The translations under genes were made by a program, and so were the position numbers. Shown piece after piece: positions 37,074 to 46,110 of a stretch of DNA of 64,000 nt. The notes under the pieces are model-generated. The model saw only the letters and a program-made list of their open reading frames with translations. It ran no database searches and was not told the DNA's origin. The DNA comes from Planctomycetota bacterium (lineage in GTDB: Bacteria; Planctomycetota; Planctomycetia; Pirellulales; UBA1268). Within the stretch, counting starts at the first letter, position 1. Each line of letters begins with the position of its first letter. Location: contig JAGWVR010000005.1 in the NCBI GenBank assembly GCA_018970785.1, positions 6,067 through 70,066 of the forward strand, read 5' to 3'.

Positions 37074-39167
37074 ATGAGTACCGTAGACCGACACGTCGTC
37101 GAGGAGTCGCGGCAGCAGATCCGAGCGATCATCGGCGAAATCGACCAACTCGGCCGGACCGACATCGCCGAGGCCGACTTCTTCCGGGGTGTCCTCGACC
37201 GGGTGATCGAGGCGATGGGGGCCGTCGGCGGGCTGGTGTGGCTCGTCGGCGACGAAGGACGCTGCGAACCGATCTGCCACGCCGGGATTCCCGCCACCGG
37301 CTTGGCGCAGTCGAACGAGGCCCAGGAATCGCACGGCCGGCTCGTCCAGTCGCTGCTGACCGCACCGCACGGGATGCTCGTTCCGGCCCGGGCCAGCCTC
37401 GCGGGCCCCGATGGCAAGGCGATCGCCGACAACCCGACCGACCTGCTGGTGATCGCGGCCCCGCTCGACAAGAGCGGGGCGCGGGCGGGGCTGGTCGAGG
37501 TCTTCCACCACCACAACCAACCGGAGGTCGAGCAGGGCTACCTGGTGTTCGTCGACCAGGTGGCGGGCGTCGCCAGTGGCTATCTCGTCCGGCGCCAGGT
37601 CAAGGCCCTCGACAGCCAGCAGGCGGCGCTCGTGCAGGTCGACCGGTTCAGCCGGCAGGTTCACGAGTCGCTCGATCCGGTCGCCACCGCCTTCATCCTC
37701 GCCAATGAGGCCAGGCGGATCATCGGCTGCGATCGGGTCAGCGTGCTGGTGCGCCGCGGCCGCCGCCTCCGGCTCGAGGCGGTCAGCGGCCAGGAATCGG
37801 TCGAGCGTCGCGCGACCGCGGTCCAGGCGATCGAGGCCCTGGCGCGGGTCGTCGCCCGGGCGCGGGAAGCGCTCTGGCATCCCGATCCGGCGCGTGAACT
37901 GCCGCCACAGATCGAGGAGGCGCTCGAGCAGTCGATCGACGAATCGCACGCCACGAGCCTGGCGATCATCCCGCTGGTCCGGCCGCGCAAGACCCCGGTC
38001 GTCAAGCCCGGCGGAGTCGACGCCGTCGCGGTCGCCAAGGCCGAGACCGTGCCCCCGGCCGACGTCGGCGCCGAGCCGATCGGCGTCCTCGTCGCCGAGT
38101 GGTTCACGTCGAGCACGTTCGACGGCGGACGGAAGGCGCGGGTCGAGGTGTGCGCCGAGCATGGCAGCATCGCGCTGGCCAACGCATTGGACCACACCGG
38201 GCTGCCGCTGTTTCCGGTCGTCGATCTCCTCGGCCGGTCGCGCGTGCTGACCAGCGCCCGCAACCTGCCGCGGACGGTGCTCGCCGGCCTCGCTGCCCTG
38301 GCGACGGTGGCCGCATTGGTGTTCATCCCGGCCGAACTGCGGCTCGAGGGGAAGGGCACGCTCGAGCCGGTCCGCAAGCGCGACGTCTTCGCCGGCGTCG
38401 ACGGCGTCGTCAAGGAGATCGCGCCGGGGATCGTCCACGGCGCCGAGGTCCGCCAGGGTCAGCTCCTCCTCACGCTCCGCAACACCGATCTTGAAGTCGC
38501 CCTCACCGACGTCCTTGGGCGGAAGGCGTCGAGCGAGGAGCAGTTGGTCTCGACGCGCCGGGCGCTTCTCGAGGACAAGCGGATCTCGGCCGACGAGCGG
38601 ACCCGGATGCAGGGGCGGGCCGCGCAGCTCCAGCGCGAGATCGAGAGCCTCGACGCCCAGCGGAAGCTCTACGAAAGCAAAAAGCGGGAGCTCGACGTCG
38701 CCAGCCCGATCGACGGCCAGGTCGTGACGTGGCAGGTCGCCGACCGGCTGCTGCTGCGCCCCGTCGAGAAGGGGCAGGTGCTGCTCACCGTCGCCGACAA
38801 GCAGGGGCCGTGGGAGCTCGAGCTCCACCTCCCCGACGACCGGCTCGGCCATGTCAACGCCGCCGCGGCCGCGGCGAAGCAGGCCGGGCGTGAGTTGGAG
38901 GTCGACTACATCGTCGCCACCGACCCCGGCACCCGGCACCGTGGCACCGTCAAGGAGATCCACGAGCAGGCGGAGGTCCGTGGAGAGAGCGGCAACGTCG
39001 CCCTGGTGCGCGTGACGATCGACCCGTCGGACCACGACCGCGAGGAGCTCGGTGCCGGAGCGACGGTGACGGCGCGGATCGCCTGCGGCCGGCGCTCGCT
39101 GGGGTACGTCTGGTTTCACGACGTCCTCGCCTTCATCCAATCGCAGGTCTTGTTCCGGCTTTTCTGA
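37074..39167 (+). CDS. Tandem-GAF sensor fused to a TM helix and a HlyD-type periplasmic adaptor domain
   Basis: About 400 cytoplasmic residues with two GAF-like modules ('AMGAVGGLVWLV..' and 'IIGCDRVSVLVRRG..LRLEAVSG'). TM helix (TVLAGLAALATVAALVFIPA). Then a HlyD-like lipoyl/coiled-coil/beta-barrel pattern ('GVDGVVKEI..V..GQLLLTL', long heptad region, 'VASPIDGQVVTW'). Confidence 0.75.
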   Translation: MSTVDRHVVEESRQQIRAIIGEIDQLGRTDIAEADFFRGVLDRVIEAMGAVGGLVWLVGDEGRCEPICHAGIPATGLAQSNEAQESHGRLVQSLLTAPHGMLVPARASLAGPDGKAIADNPTDLLVIAAPLDKSGARAGLVEVFHHHNQPEVEQGYLVFVDQVAGVASGYLVRRQVKALDSQQAALVQVDRFSRQVHESLDPVATAFILANEARRIIGCDRVSVLVRRGRRLRLEAVSGQESVERRATAVQAIEALARVVARAREALWHPDPARELPPQIEEALEQSIDESHATSLAIIPLVRPRKTPVVKPGGVDAVAVAKAETVPPADVGAEPIGVLVAEWFTSSTFDGGRKARVEVCAEHGSIALANALDHTGLPLFPVVDLLGRSRVLTSARNLPRTVLAGLAALATVAALVFIPAELRLEGKGTLEPVRKRDVFAGVDGVVKEIAPGIVHGAEVRQGQLLLTLRNTDLEVALTDVLGRKASSEEQLVSTRRALLEDKRISADERTRMQGRAAQLQREIESLDAQRKLYESKKRELDVASPIDGQVVTWQVADRLLLRPVEKGQVLLTVADKQGPWELELHLPDDRLGHVNAAAAAAKQAGRELEVDYIVATDPGTRHRGTVKEIHEQAEVRGESGNVALVRVTIDPSDHDREELGAGATVTARIACGRRSLGYVWFHDVLAFIQSQVLFRLF

Positions 39168-39266
39168 CCCCGTCTCCGACACGGTGAATCAGTGGTCCGC
39201 GTGCGTGTCATCCCCGTGCCGCCGTCGTCCCGGCGAGCAGCCCCCGTCGCCGGAGTGAGCTCCCCC

Positions 39267-40307
39267 ATGGCCCGACCTCCCGTCCGCCGATCGGCCGCAC
39301 GGATCGCTCCACTGGCGGTGATCGCGTTGGCCCTCGCACCCGCGTTGCCAGGGGCGGCGAACGCCGCTGATCCGCCAACGCCGCGTCCGCGGTCGGTCGA
39401 GACGGAGTCGCCGGCGAACGAACCGATCCTCTCCAACTGCCTGGTGTCACTCGTCGAGGAGGCCAAGGTGCCCGCCCGCGAGGCCGGTGTCCTCGTCGAC
39501 CTGGTGATCCGCGAGGGGGACACGGTCGCCCGCGGGGCGGTGATCGCCCGGATCGACGACAGCCAGCCGCAATCCGACCGCCGCAAGGCCCGCGCCGAGT
39601 ACGAGCAGGCGGTGGCCAAAGCGGAGAACGACGTCGACATCCGCTACGCAGTCGCCGCCAAGGACGTCGCCGAAGCGGAATTGGAGAAGGCGATCAATGC
39701 CAACCGCACGTCGCCTGGGGCGATCACCGAGATCGACATCTATCGCCTCCGACTCAACCAGCAGAAGAGCGAACTGTCGATCGAGCAGGCCCGCCTCGAG
39801 CAGCGGATCGCCGGCCTGACCGCGACCGCCAAGCAGGTCGAGGTCGAGGCCGCCGGCGACGCCATCGCCCGGCGGTTGATCACCGCGCCGCTCGACGGCG
39901 TCGTCGTCGAGGTGTTTCCGCACCGTGGGGAGTGGATGCAGCCGGGTGATCCCCTCGCCAGGGTCGTCCGTGCCGACACGCTCCGTGTCGAGGGCTACGT
40001 CAATTCGGCGCGGCACGATCCCGCGGCGGTCCGCGACCGGCCCGTGACGGTGGACATCACGCTCGCCGACCAGCGCGTCGAGACGTTCCCCGGGCGGATC
40101 GTGTTCACCAGCCCGATCGTCGAGTCAGGGGGGGAGTATCGGGTGTGGGCCGAAGTCACCAATCGGCTCGCGTCCGATGCCGGTACGTGGCTGATGCGCC
40201 CCGGTCAGACGGCGCGGATGACGATCCATTCCAACCAGCCGCCGCTGCCGCCGGTGCGCCGCGAGGTCGCCGCCCCGGTCGACGACGCCGCGCCCGCGGC
40301 GCGCTGA
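39267..40307 (+). CDS. HlyD-family membrane-fusion (periplasmic adaptor) protein
   Basis: Signal peptide (IAPLAVIALALAPALPGAANA). 'VPAREAGVLVDLVIREGDTVARGAVIARID', a coiled-coil hairpin, and 'ITAPLDGVVVEVFPHRGEWMQPGDPLARVV'. Confidence 0.8.
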   Translation: MARPPVRRSAARIAPLAVIALALAPALPGAANAADPPTPRPRSVETESPANEPILSNCLVSLVEEAKVPAREAGVLVDLVIREGDTVARGAVIARIDDSQPQSDRRKARAEYEQAVAKAENDVDIRYAVAAKDVAEAELEKAINANRTSPGAITEIDIYRLRLNQQKSELSIEQARLEQRIAGLTATAKQVEVEAAGDAIARRLITAPLDGVVVEVFPHRGEWMQPGDPLARVVRADTLRVEGYVNSARHDPAAVRDRPVTVDITLADQRVETFPGRIVFTSPIVESGGEYRVWAEVTNRLASDAGTWLMRPGQTARMTIHSNQPPLPPVRREVAAPVDDAAPAAR

Positions 40308-40323
40308 CGACCGGAGGCGTCCG

Positions 40324-42558
40324 ATGTCGACCGCCGCCGACGCCTTCCGGTCGAGCACGACGCGCGCCATCGGCCTGCGGCGCCGTGGCGATCTGGTCGC
40401 CAACCGGCAGATCCACCAGGGGCAGGCCTGGTGGGTGGTGAAGGATCCGATCTCGTTGGCCTACTACCGTTTCCGCCCCGAGGAGTACGCGCTGCTCGAG
40501 ATGCTCGACGGCCGGGTCAGCCTGGAGACGCTCCAGGCGCGCTTCGAGGAACGGTTCCCGCCGCGGCGGATCGGGCTCGACGAACTGTCGCGGTTCATTG
40601 CCACCCTCCACCGGTCCGGGCTGGTGATCGGCGACCGCTCCGGCCAGGGGCCGCAGCTCTTCGAGCGCCGCCGGCAGCGGCTCTGGCGGCAGTGGCAGGC
40701 GTGGCTGGCGAACATCATGGCGATGCGGTTCCGGGGCATCGACCCCGACCGCCTCCTCGCCCGCCTCGATCCGCTGTTCGGCTGGCTGTTCGAGCCGCCG
40801 GCGATCGCCGCGATGCTGGTCCTGGTCGCGTCGGCGGTCGGCCTGGTGCTGGTGAACTTCGACGAGTTCCGCAGCCGGCTGCCGGCATTCAACCAGTTCT
40901 TCGCCTCGGGCAACTGGATCTACCTCGCGGCCGCGCTGGCGGTGACGAAGGTGATCCACGAGTTCGGCCACGGGCTGTCGTGCAAGCACTACGGCGGTGA
41001 GTGCCACGAGATGGGGGTGATGCTCCTGGTGTTCACGCCGTGCCTGTACTGCGACGTCTCCGACAGCTGGATGCTGCCGAGCAAGTGGAAGCGGGCGGCG
41101 ATCGGCGCCGCCGGGATGTACGTCGAGCTGATCATCGCCTCGATCGCCACGTACCTGTGGTGGAATTCCCACGCCGGCACGTTCAACCAGTTGTGCCTCG
41201 ACGTGATGTTCGTCTCCAGCGTGTCGACGATCCTGTTCAACGCCAATCCGTTGATGCGCTACGACGGCTACTACATCCTCTCCGACGTCCTCGAGATCCC
41301 CAACCTCCGCCAGAAGGCGACGTCGATCCTCGGCCGGTTCGCCAGCCGGTGGTGCCTGGGGATCGAGCAGCCCGAGGATCCGTTCCTCCCGACGCGCAAC
41401 CGTTGGGCGTTCGCCGCCTACGCCGTGGCCAGCAGCCTGTATGGCTGGCTGGTGACGGCGTCGATCTTCTTGTTCGTGTGGAACGTCTTCAAACCGTACC
41501 GCCTCGAGATCATCGGGCAGGTGCTCGCCGCCGGCGCGCTGTGGGGTTTGGTGGTCCGCCCGGTGCATGGGATGATCAAGTTCCTCAGCGTGCCCGGGAG
41601 GCGCGACGAAGTGAAATCCCGCAATCTCCTCGCTACCGCCGCCGCCGCCACCGCGGTCGTCGCGGCGTTGGGGCTGGTGCCCTTGCCGCACCGCGTCTGG
41701 TGCCCGGTCGAACTGCGGCCGCGTGGCGAGGAGACGGTGTACGTCGCGGTCGCGGGCCGGCTGGAGAGCGTCGCGGTCCGCCCCGGCGACCGCGTGAGCC
41801 GCGGGCAGGAGGTGGCGCGGCTGGCGAGCGTCGATCTCGACTTGGCGATCGCCGATCTCGAGGGGCGTGCGGCCCAGCAACGCACCCGGCTCGAGAGCCT
41901 GCGCCGCGAGCGGTTCGAGGATCCGGCCGCGGGCCTCGAGGTCGGGACCGCCGAGGAGACGCTCGCCAGCCTCGAGGAGCAGCTCGAGGAGAAGCAGCGC
42001 GACCGCCGCGATCTGATCCTCGTCGCTCCGCGCGACGGCGTCGTCCTGCCGGCGCCGGTGGTGGCGGCCCCGCCGCAGGATGCCGACCGGCTGCCGTCCT
42101 GGAGCGGGCACGTCCTCGACGAGGCGAATCTCGGTGCCATGCTGGCGGAGGGCACGGTGCTGTGCCACGTCGGCGAGGCCGGCATCCTCGAGGCGGCGCT
42201 CGTCGTCGACCAGTCGGAGATCGAGTTCATCGCCCGCGGGCAGCCGGTGGAGATGAAGCTCGATGCCTTGCCATGGCGCACGCTCGGCGGCACCGTCGAG
42301 GAGGTGGCGGTCATGCAGCTCTCCGCGGGTGCGGAGCGCCTCAGCGTCAAGGCGGGTGGTCAGGTGCCGACGCAGACGGACGCCGCCGGCCGCGAGCAGC
42401 CGATCTCCACCAGCTACGAGGCGCTGGTCCACCTCGACGACGGCGACGGGCTGCTGACGCCCGGGATGCGCGGCACGGCACGGATCCGCGTCGGTGGCCG
42501 CACCGTGGCGCAGTGGCTGTTGCGCCTGCTCTGGCAGACGTTCAACTTCCGGATGTGA
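40324..42558 (+). CDS. M50 (site-2 protease-like) zinc metalloprotease fused to a HlyD-type adaptor domain
   Basis: HExxH 'HEFGH' in a TM helix (40957-40971). Second M50 motif 'NANPLMRYDGYY'. The C-terminal third has a HlyD-like lipoyl/coiled-coil pattern ('VAVAGRLESVAVRPGDRVSRGQEVARL', 'LVAPRDGVVL'). Confidence 0.8.
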   Translation: MSTAADAFRSSTTRAIGLRRRGDLVANRQIHQGQAWWVVKDPISLAYYRFRPEEYALLEMLDGRVSLETLQARFEERFPPRRIGLDELSRFIATLHRSGLVIGDRSGQGPQLFERRRQRLWRQWQAWLANIMAMRFRGIDPDRLLARLDPLFGWLFEPPAIAAMLVLVASAVGLVLVNFDEFRSRLPAFNQFFASGNWIYLAAALAVTKVIHEFGHGLSCKHYGGECHEMGVMLLVFTPCLYCDVSDSWMLPSKWKRAAIGAAGMYVELIIASIATYLWWNSHAGTFNQLCLDVMFVSSVSTILFNANPLMRYDGYYILSDVLEIPNLRQKATSILGRFASRWCLGIEQPEDPFLPTRNRWAFAAYAVASSLYGWLVTASIFLFVWNVFKPYRLEIIGQVLAAGALWGLVVRPVHGMIKFLSVPGRRDEVKSRNLLATAAAATAVVAALGLVPLPHRVWCPVELRPRGEETVYVAVAGRLESVAVRPGDRVSRGQEVARLASVDLDLAIADLEGRAAQQRTRLESLRRERFEDPAAGLEVGTAEETLASLEEQLEEKQRDRRDLILVAPRDGVVLPAPVVAAPPQDADRLPSWSGHVLDEANLGAMLAEGTVLCHVGEAGILEAALVVDQSEIEFIARGQPVEMKLDALPWRTLGGTVEEVAVMQLSAGAERLSVKAGGQVPTQTDAAGREQPISTSYEALVHLDDGDGLLTPGMRGTARIRVGGRTVAQWLLRLLWQTFNFRM

Positions 42559-42590
42559 CCGACGAAGCACCGTTCGGGGCGCGGAGACGC

Positions 42591-43439
42591 ATGGCCGATC
42601 CGGACGGGATCCTCGGACGGATCACGATCTACCCGGTGAAGAGCCTCGACGGCATCGACATCGACGACGCGCTGGTGCAGGAAGGCGGCAGCCTCGCCGG
42701 GGATCGGCGCTGGCGGCTGGTCGATCTCGACGGGCGCGTCGTCAATGCCAAGCGCACCCCCCGGCTCCATGGCGTCCGGGCCGCGTTCGATCTCGACGCG
42801 CGGCGGGTCCGGCTGGAAGTCGACGCGGCTGCCGACCTGCCGCCGCGTTGCCGGGCCACCGCCGAGGAGTTTCCGCTCGTGCCCGGGGAGGCCGGGCCCT
42901 GTGCCTGGTTGAGCGCCGTCCTCGCCATGCCCGTGCTCCTCGAGGAGCGCGTGGAGGGCGGGTTTCCCGACGATCGCGATGCCCCCGGGGCGACGGTCGC
43001 CGCCGCCGCCACGCTCGACGCCGTGGCGGAATGGTTCCGCCTGCCCCACGCCGAGGTGCGGCGCCGGTTCCGCGTCAACCTCGAGGTCGTCGGCCCGGCG
43101 CCGTTTTGGGAAGACGCGCTGGCCTGCCCGGCTGCGGCCGACGCGTCCGGCACGCTCGCTGACCGGCCTCCGGCGGAACCGCGGCGGTTCGCCGTCGGAG
43201 GCCAGACCTGGTTGGCGACGGGCGTCTGCCGCCGCTGCCCCGTGCCGACCCGCGACAGCGCCAGCGGCCGCGACGACGGGTTGTTCCGCGCCGCCTTCGA
43301 ATCGCGCCGGCGGGTGAGCCTCCGCGGCGACGTCGATGCCGCCTCGTGGGGGCACCTCTACCGCCTCGCCATCAACACCCGCGGGCTGTCGGGTCCAGGG
43401 CCGATCCGCCGTGGTGACGCGGTCTGCGTCCTGCCGTGA
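42591..43439 (+). CDS. MOSC domain protein (MOSC_N beta-barrel plus MOSC)
   Basis: 'ITIYPVKSLDGIDIDDALV..GGSLAGDRRWRLVD' is the MOSC N-terminal barrel motif. C-terminal conserved Cys context 'CRRCPVPTRD'. Confidence 0.8.
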   Translation: MADPDGILGRITIYPVKSLDGIDIDDALVQEGGSLAGDRRWRLVDLDGRVVNAKRTPRLHGVRAAFDLDARRVRLEVDAAADLPPRCRATAEEFPLVPGEAGPCAWLSAVLAMPVLLEERVEGGFPDDRDAPGATVAAAATLDAVAEWFRLPHAEVRRRFRVNLEVVGPAPFWEDALACPAAADASGTLADRPPAEPRRFAVGGQTWLATGVCRRCPVPTRDSASGRDDGLFRAAFESRRRVSLRGDVDAASWGHLYRLAINTRGLSGPGPIRRGDAVCVLP

Positions 43440-43451
43440 CCCTGCGGGGCA

Positions 43452-45782
43452 TCACTGCGGCGGCACCGGGACGAACAGGGCGGGATCGTAGATCGGCTGC
43501 GGCGGGATGTACGTGATGTCGTCCCAGGTGAACTGGCCGGGGACCTCGAAGATCCTCGCGTTGTTGTTGATCGCACTGAGGTTCGTGCTGTCGCTGGCCT
43601 TGATGTAGATCTCGCCGAAGCTCGGATCGTAGACGACGATGTCGGGATCGGCGGCCGTGATCACGCCCCAGGCGGCGCCGGTGTTGGTGAGCCGGATCGT
43701 GCCACCGCTGGTCGTCGTATCCTTGCCGGCGACGAGCCGGTTGCCGACGAGGTTGGCGTTCACGATCGCCCCCACCTGGTCGGCGACCGACAGGCTGATG
43801 CCGTCGCCACCGCTGACGGTGCCGATGCGGTTGTCGGTGAGCGTGATGTCGAGCGTCTCGGCACCGTTGGCGAAGCCGTTGACCCCGATCGTCTCGCCGA
43901 TGAATTCCGAGTTGGCCACCTGGACCACCGAATTGCCGGTGGCGCTGACACCGGCGTTGCCATTGGTCTCGAATGTCGTCTGGAAGACCGCCAGCTGCCC
44001 GCCCTCGACCGTGATCCCGGCCGCCGAGGAGTTGCTGATGCTGGAGTTGGTGACGTAGACGCGGCCGTCGTTGTACAGGTCCTTGATATAGATTCCCGAG
44101 TTGGTGTTCCCGTCGAACGTCGAGTTCGTGACGTTGACCTTCGGGTCGCCGCCGGCACTGGTGATCACCGCCAGACCGTCGTTGGTCATGTTGGTGACGG
44201 AGAGGTTTGAGAAGTTGAACTGGGCATTGCCGCCGGCGAGATCCTGGATGAGGATGCCGCGCTGGTTGGGGCCGCTGCCGATGAGCCGGACGTCGTTGAC
44301 GATCGTGTAGCTCCCGGCCGGCAGCCCGGCGCCGTCGGAGATGCCGATCGCGCTGCCGGTGACCTCGAGGTGGTCGACCACCGACCCGGCGGCGAGCGTG
44401 ATCGCCGTACCGGCACCGTTGGCGAGGACCGGATACTCCGCTCCGGGTGTGTTGCCCCACAGCGGCACCAGCCCGCAGGTCGTCGTCGGCACCCGCATCG
44501 CCGTGCCCTGGCCGACGAGGAATTGATTGGCGGCCGCGAACGTGTAGCCGCCGGTGTACGGAGTGACCGCGCTGACGCCCTGGTGGACGAAGACGATGTC
44601 GTACGGGAGCGTCGCCACCGCCTGGGCACCGGCCAGCGACGAGACCGGCGCTTCGGCGGTGCCCGTGCCGCCGGCGGCGACCGAATTGTCGACGTGGATC
44701 ACGCGCCACGGGCTGCCGGTGAGCGGATTGATCGCCTGGCGGGCCGGCTGGTAGGCGCGGACGATGTGCTCGTTGCGCATCATCGGCTGCTCCATCTGGT
44801 CGGCCACCGTGCGGCGCCGCGATCCGCCCATCCGGTAGGTGAGGCGGGCGAAGCCGGTCCAGTCGAAGTAGCTGTCGTTGTTGGCCTGGAGGGAGAAGTC
44901 CCAGTTGTCGAGGAACGTCATGTCGAGACGGGTGTAGACGCCGCCGAAGTAGGGGACGACGTCTTGGCCCCCAGGCACGTTGTAGCGGGCATTGCCGAAG
45001 GTGTAGCCGCCGACGCTCACCATGCCCGCCCAGTCAGACAATCCCGGGACGTAGGCGCCGACCTCGAGGTCGGCACCGGCGAGGGCGGCCGTGATCCCGA
45101 GGTCGCACAGCAGCGAGCTGCCGACGTACGGGCCACTCACCGACGCGGTGCTGCCGACGGGGATGTAGCCGTTGCTGCGCAGATTGCCCCAGTCGGTGAG
45201 GAACTCGCCAGACACACCGACCTGGTTGTAGGACTGTCCGCCATTGGCGACGTAGGTTCCGGTGGAGTCGGTGATGATGCTGTCGGCATACATGTTCTCG
45301 TCGCCGTCGTAGTCCCAGTAGACGCCGACGCCCGCCAGCGCCCCGCCCCAGAACTGCTTGCGGACGAAGCCGACGTTGGAGAAGAAGCCGCCGTAATTGG
45401 ACAGATGGCTGCGGAGATCGGTCGCCCAGAATCCGCCGAGGTCGTCCTCGGCATACGGGATGAACGCCCCCAGGGTCATGTAGCTGCCCTGGTAGCCGAG
45501 GCCACGGTCGGCAGCGTTGAGGCCGTAATAGAACCAGCCGGGGCCGTTGGCGTTGAGGTTGCCGAATCCCGCCGCCGCGCGGTTGACGATGCCGCCGGCA
45601 GGGGCCATCGCCACCTGGCCGGTCTGCGCGCTGGCCCGTTCGGCGCCGCCGCCGACGAGCGCGAGGAGGAGGGCTGCAACCGCGCGCCGCCGCCGCCGGC
45701 GACGCTGCCGCTCCCGAGCCCCGGGGTTCTCCTGCCGCTCGAGGTCGACCGCGCTGGCCGGACCGAAATCTGCGGTGCTCAT
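43452..45782 (-). CDS. Inverse-autotransporter-like outer-membrane protein with right-handed beta-helix passenger
   Basis: Arg-rich signal peptide. N-terminal roughly 330-aa Gly/Tyr/aromatic beta-barrel-like domain whose motifs resemble the intimin/invasin beta-domain ('GVGVYWDYDGD', 'VGVSGEFLTDWGNLRSNGYIPVG', 'GADLEVGAYVPGLSDW'). C-terminal parallel beta-helix repeats ('VTNSSISNSSAAGITVEGG..', 'NGNAGVSATGNS'). Confidence 0.6.
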   Translation of the reverse strand: MSTADFGPASAVDLERQENPGARERQRRRRRRRAVAALLLALVGGGAERASAQTGQVAMAPAGGIVNRAAAGFGNLNANGPGWFYYGLNAADRGLGYQGSYMTLGAFIPYAEDDLGGFWATDLRSHLSNYGGFFSNVGFVRKQFWGGALAGVGVYWDYDGDENMYADSIITDSTGTYVANGGQSYNQVGVSGEFLTDWGNLRSNGYIPVGSTASVSGPYVGSSLLCDLGITAALAGADLEVGAYVPGLSDWAGMVSVGGYTFGNARYNVPGGQDVVPYFGGVYTRLDMTFLDNWDFSLQANNDSYFDWTGFARLTYRMGGSRRRTVADQMEQPMMRNEHIVRAYQPARQAINPLTGSPWRVIHVDNSVAAGGTGTAEAPVSSLAGAQAVATLPYDIVFVHQGVSAVTPYTGGYTFAAANQFLVGQGTAMRVPTTTCGLVPLWGNTPGAEYPVLANGAGTAITLAAGSVVDHLEVTGSAIGISDGAGLPAGSYTIVNDVRLIGSGPNQRGILIQDLAGGNAQFNFSNLSVTNMTNDGLAVITSAGGDPKVNVTNSTFDGNTNSGIYIKDLYNDGRVYVTNSSISNSSAAGITVEGGQLAVFQTTFETNGNAGVSATGNSVVQVANSEFIGETIGVNGFANGAETLDITLTDNRIGTVSGGDGISLSVADQVGAIVNANLVGNRLVAGKDTTTSGGTIRLTNTGAAWGVITAADPDIVVYDPSFGEIYIKASDSTNLSAINNNARIFEVPGQFTWDDITYIPPQPIYDPALFVPVPPQ

Positions 45783-46110
45783 GGCGCCTTGTTCCCGACG
45801 GTGGCCGGTTGTCCGGGCGGCAATGTCCCCGGTGAAGGTGCAACCGGCATGATCGTCAGGTGTGATCGACTCCCCGCCATGCGCACCATGAGCATTTCCG
45901 GGACAAAGCCCGGAACCGGTCGATCCCCCCCGGCCTGCCCCCTCCGCGCGGAAGCCGCGTCGTTCCTCTCCTGCGCCGGATCCGGCCGAAGTGAACCCCA
46001 GGGCGGTGGCGTGCGTACCCGGTGCTGGCGTCGTTTCGACCCCCGCGGTACGCTCAAAGCGGGAAAATGGGGCGTTTGCGCTGATCATTTGGGGAGAAGG
46101 GGAGGATTCC

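Noticed and set aside
41001-43439. 812-aa plus-strand ORF.
   Set aside because: The first roughly 530 aa are an out-of-frame read through the M50-HlyD gene (Arg/Pro/Gly-rich). Only the part from ATG-42591 (MOSC protein) is credible.
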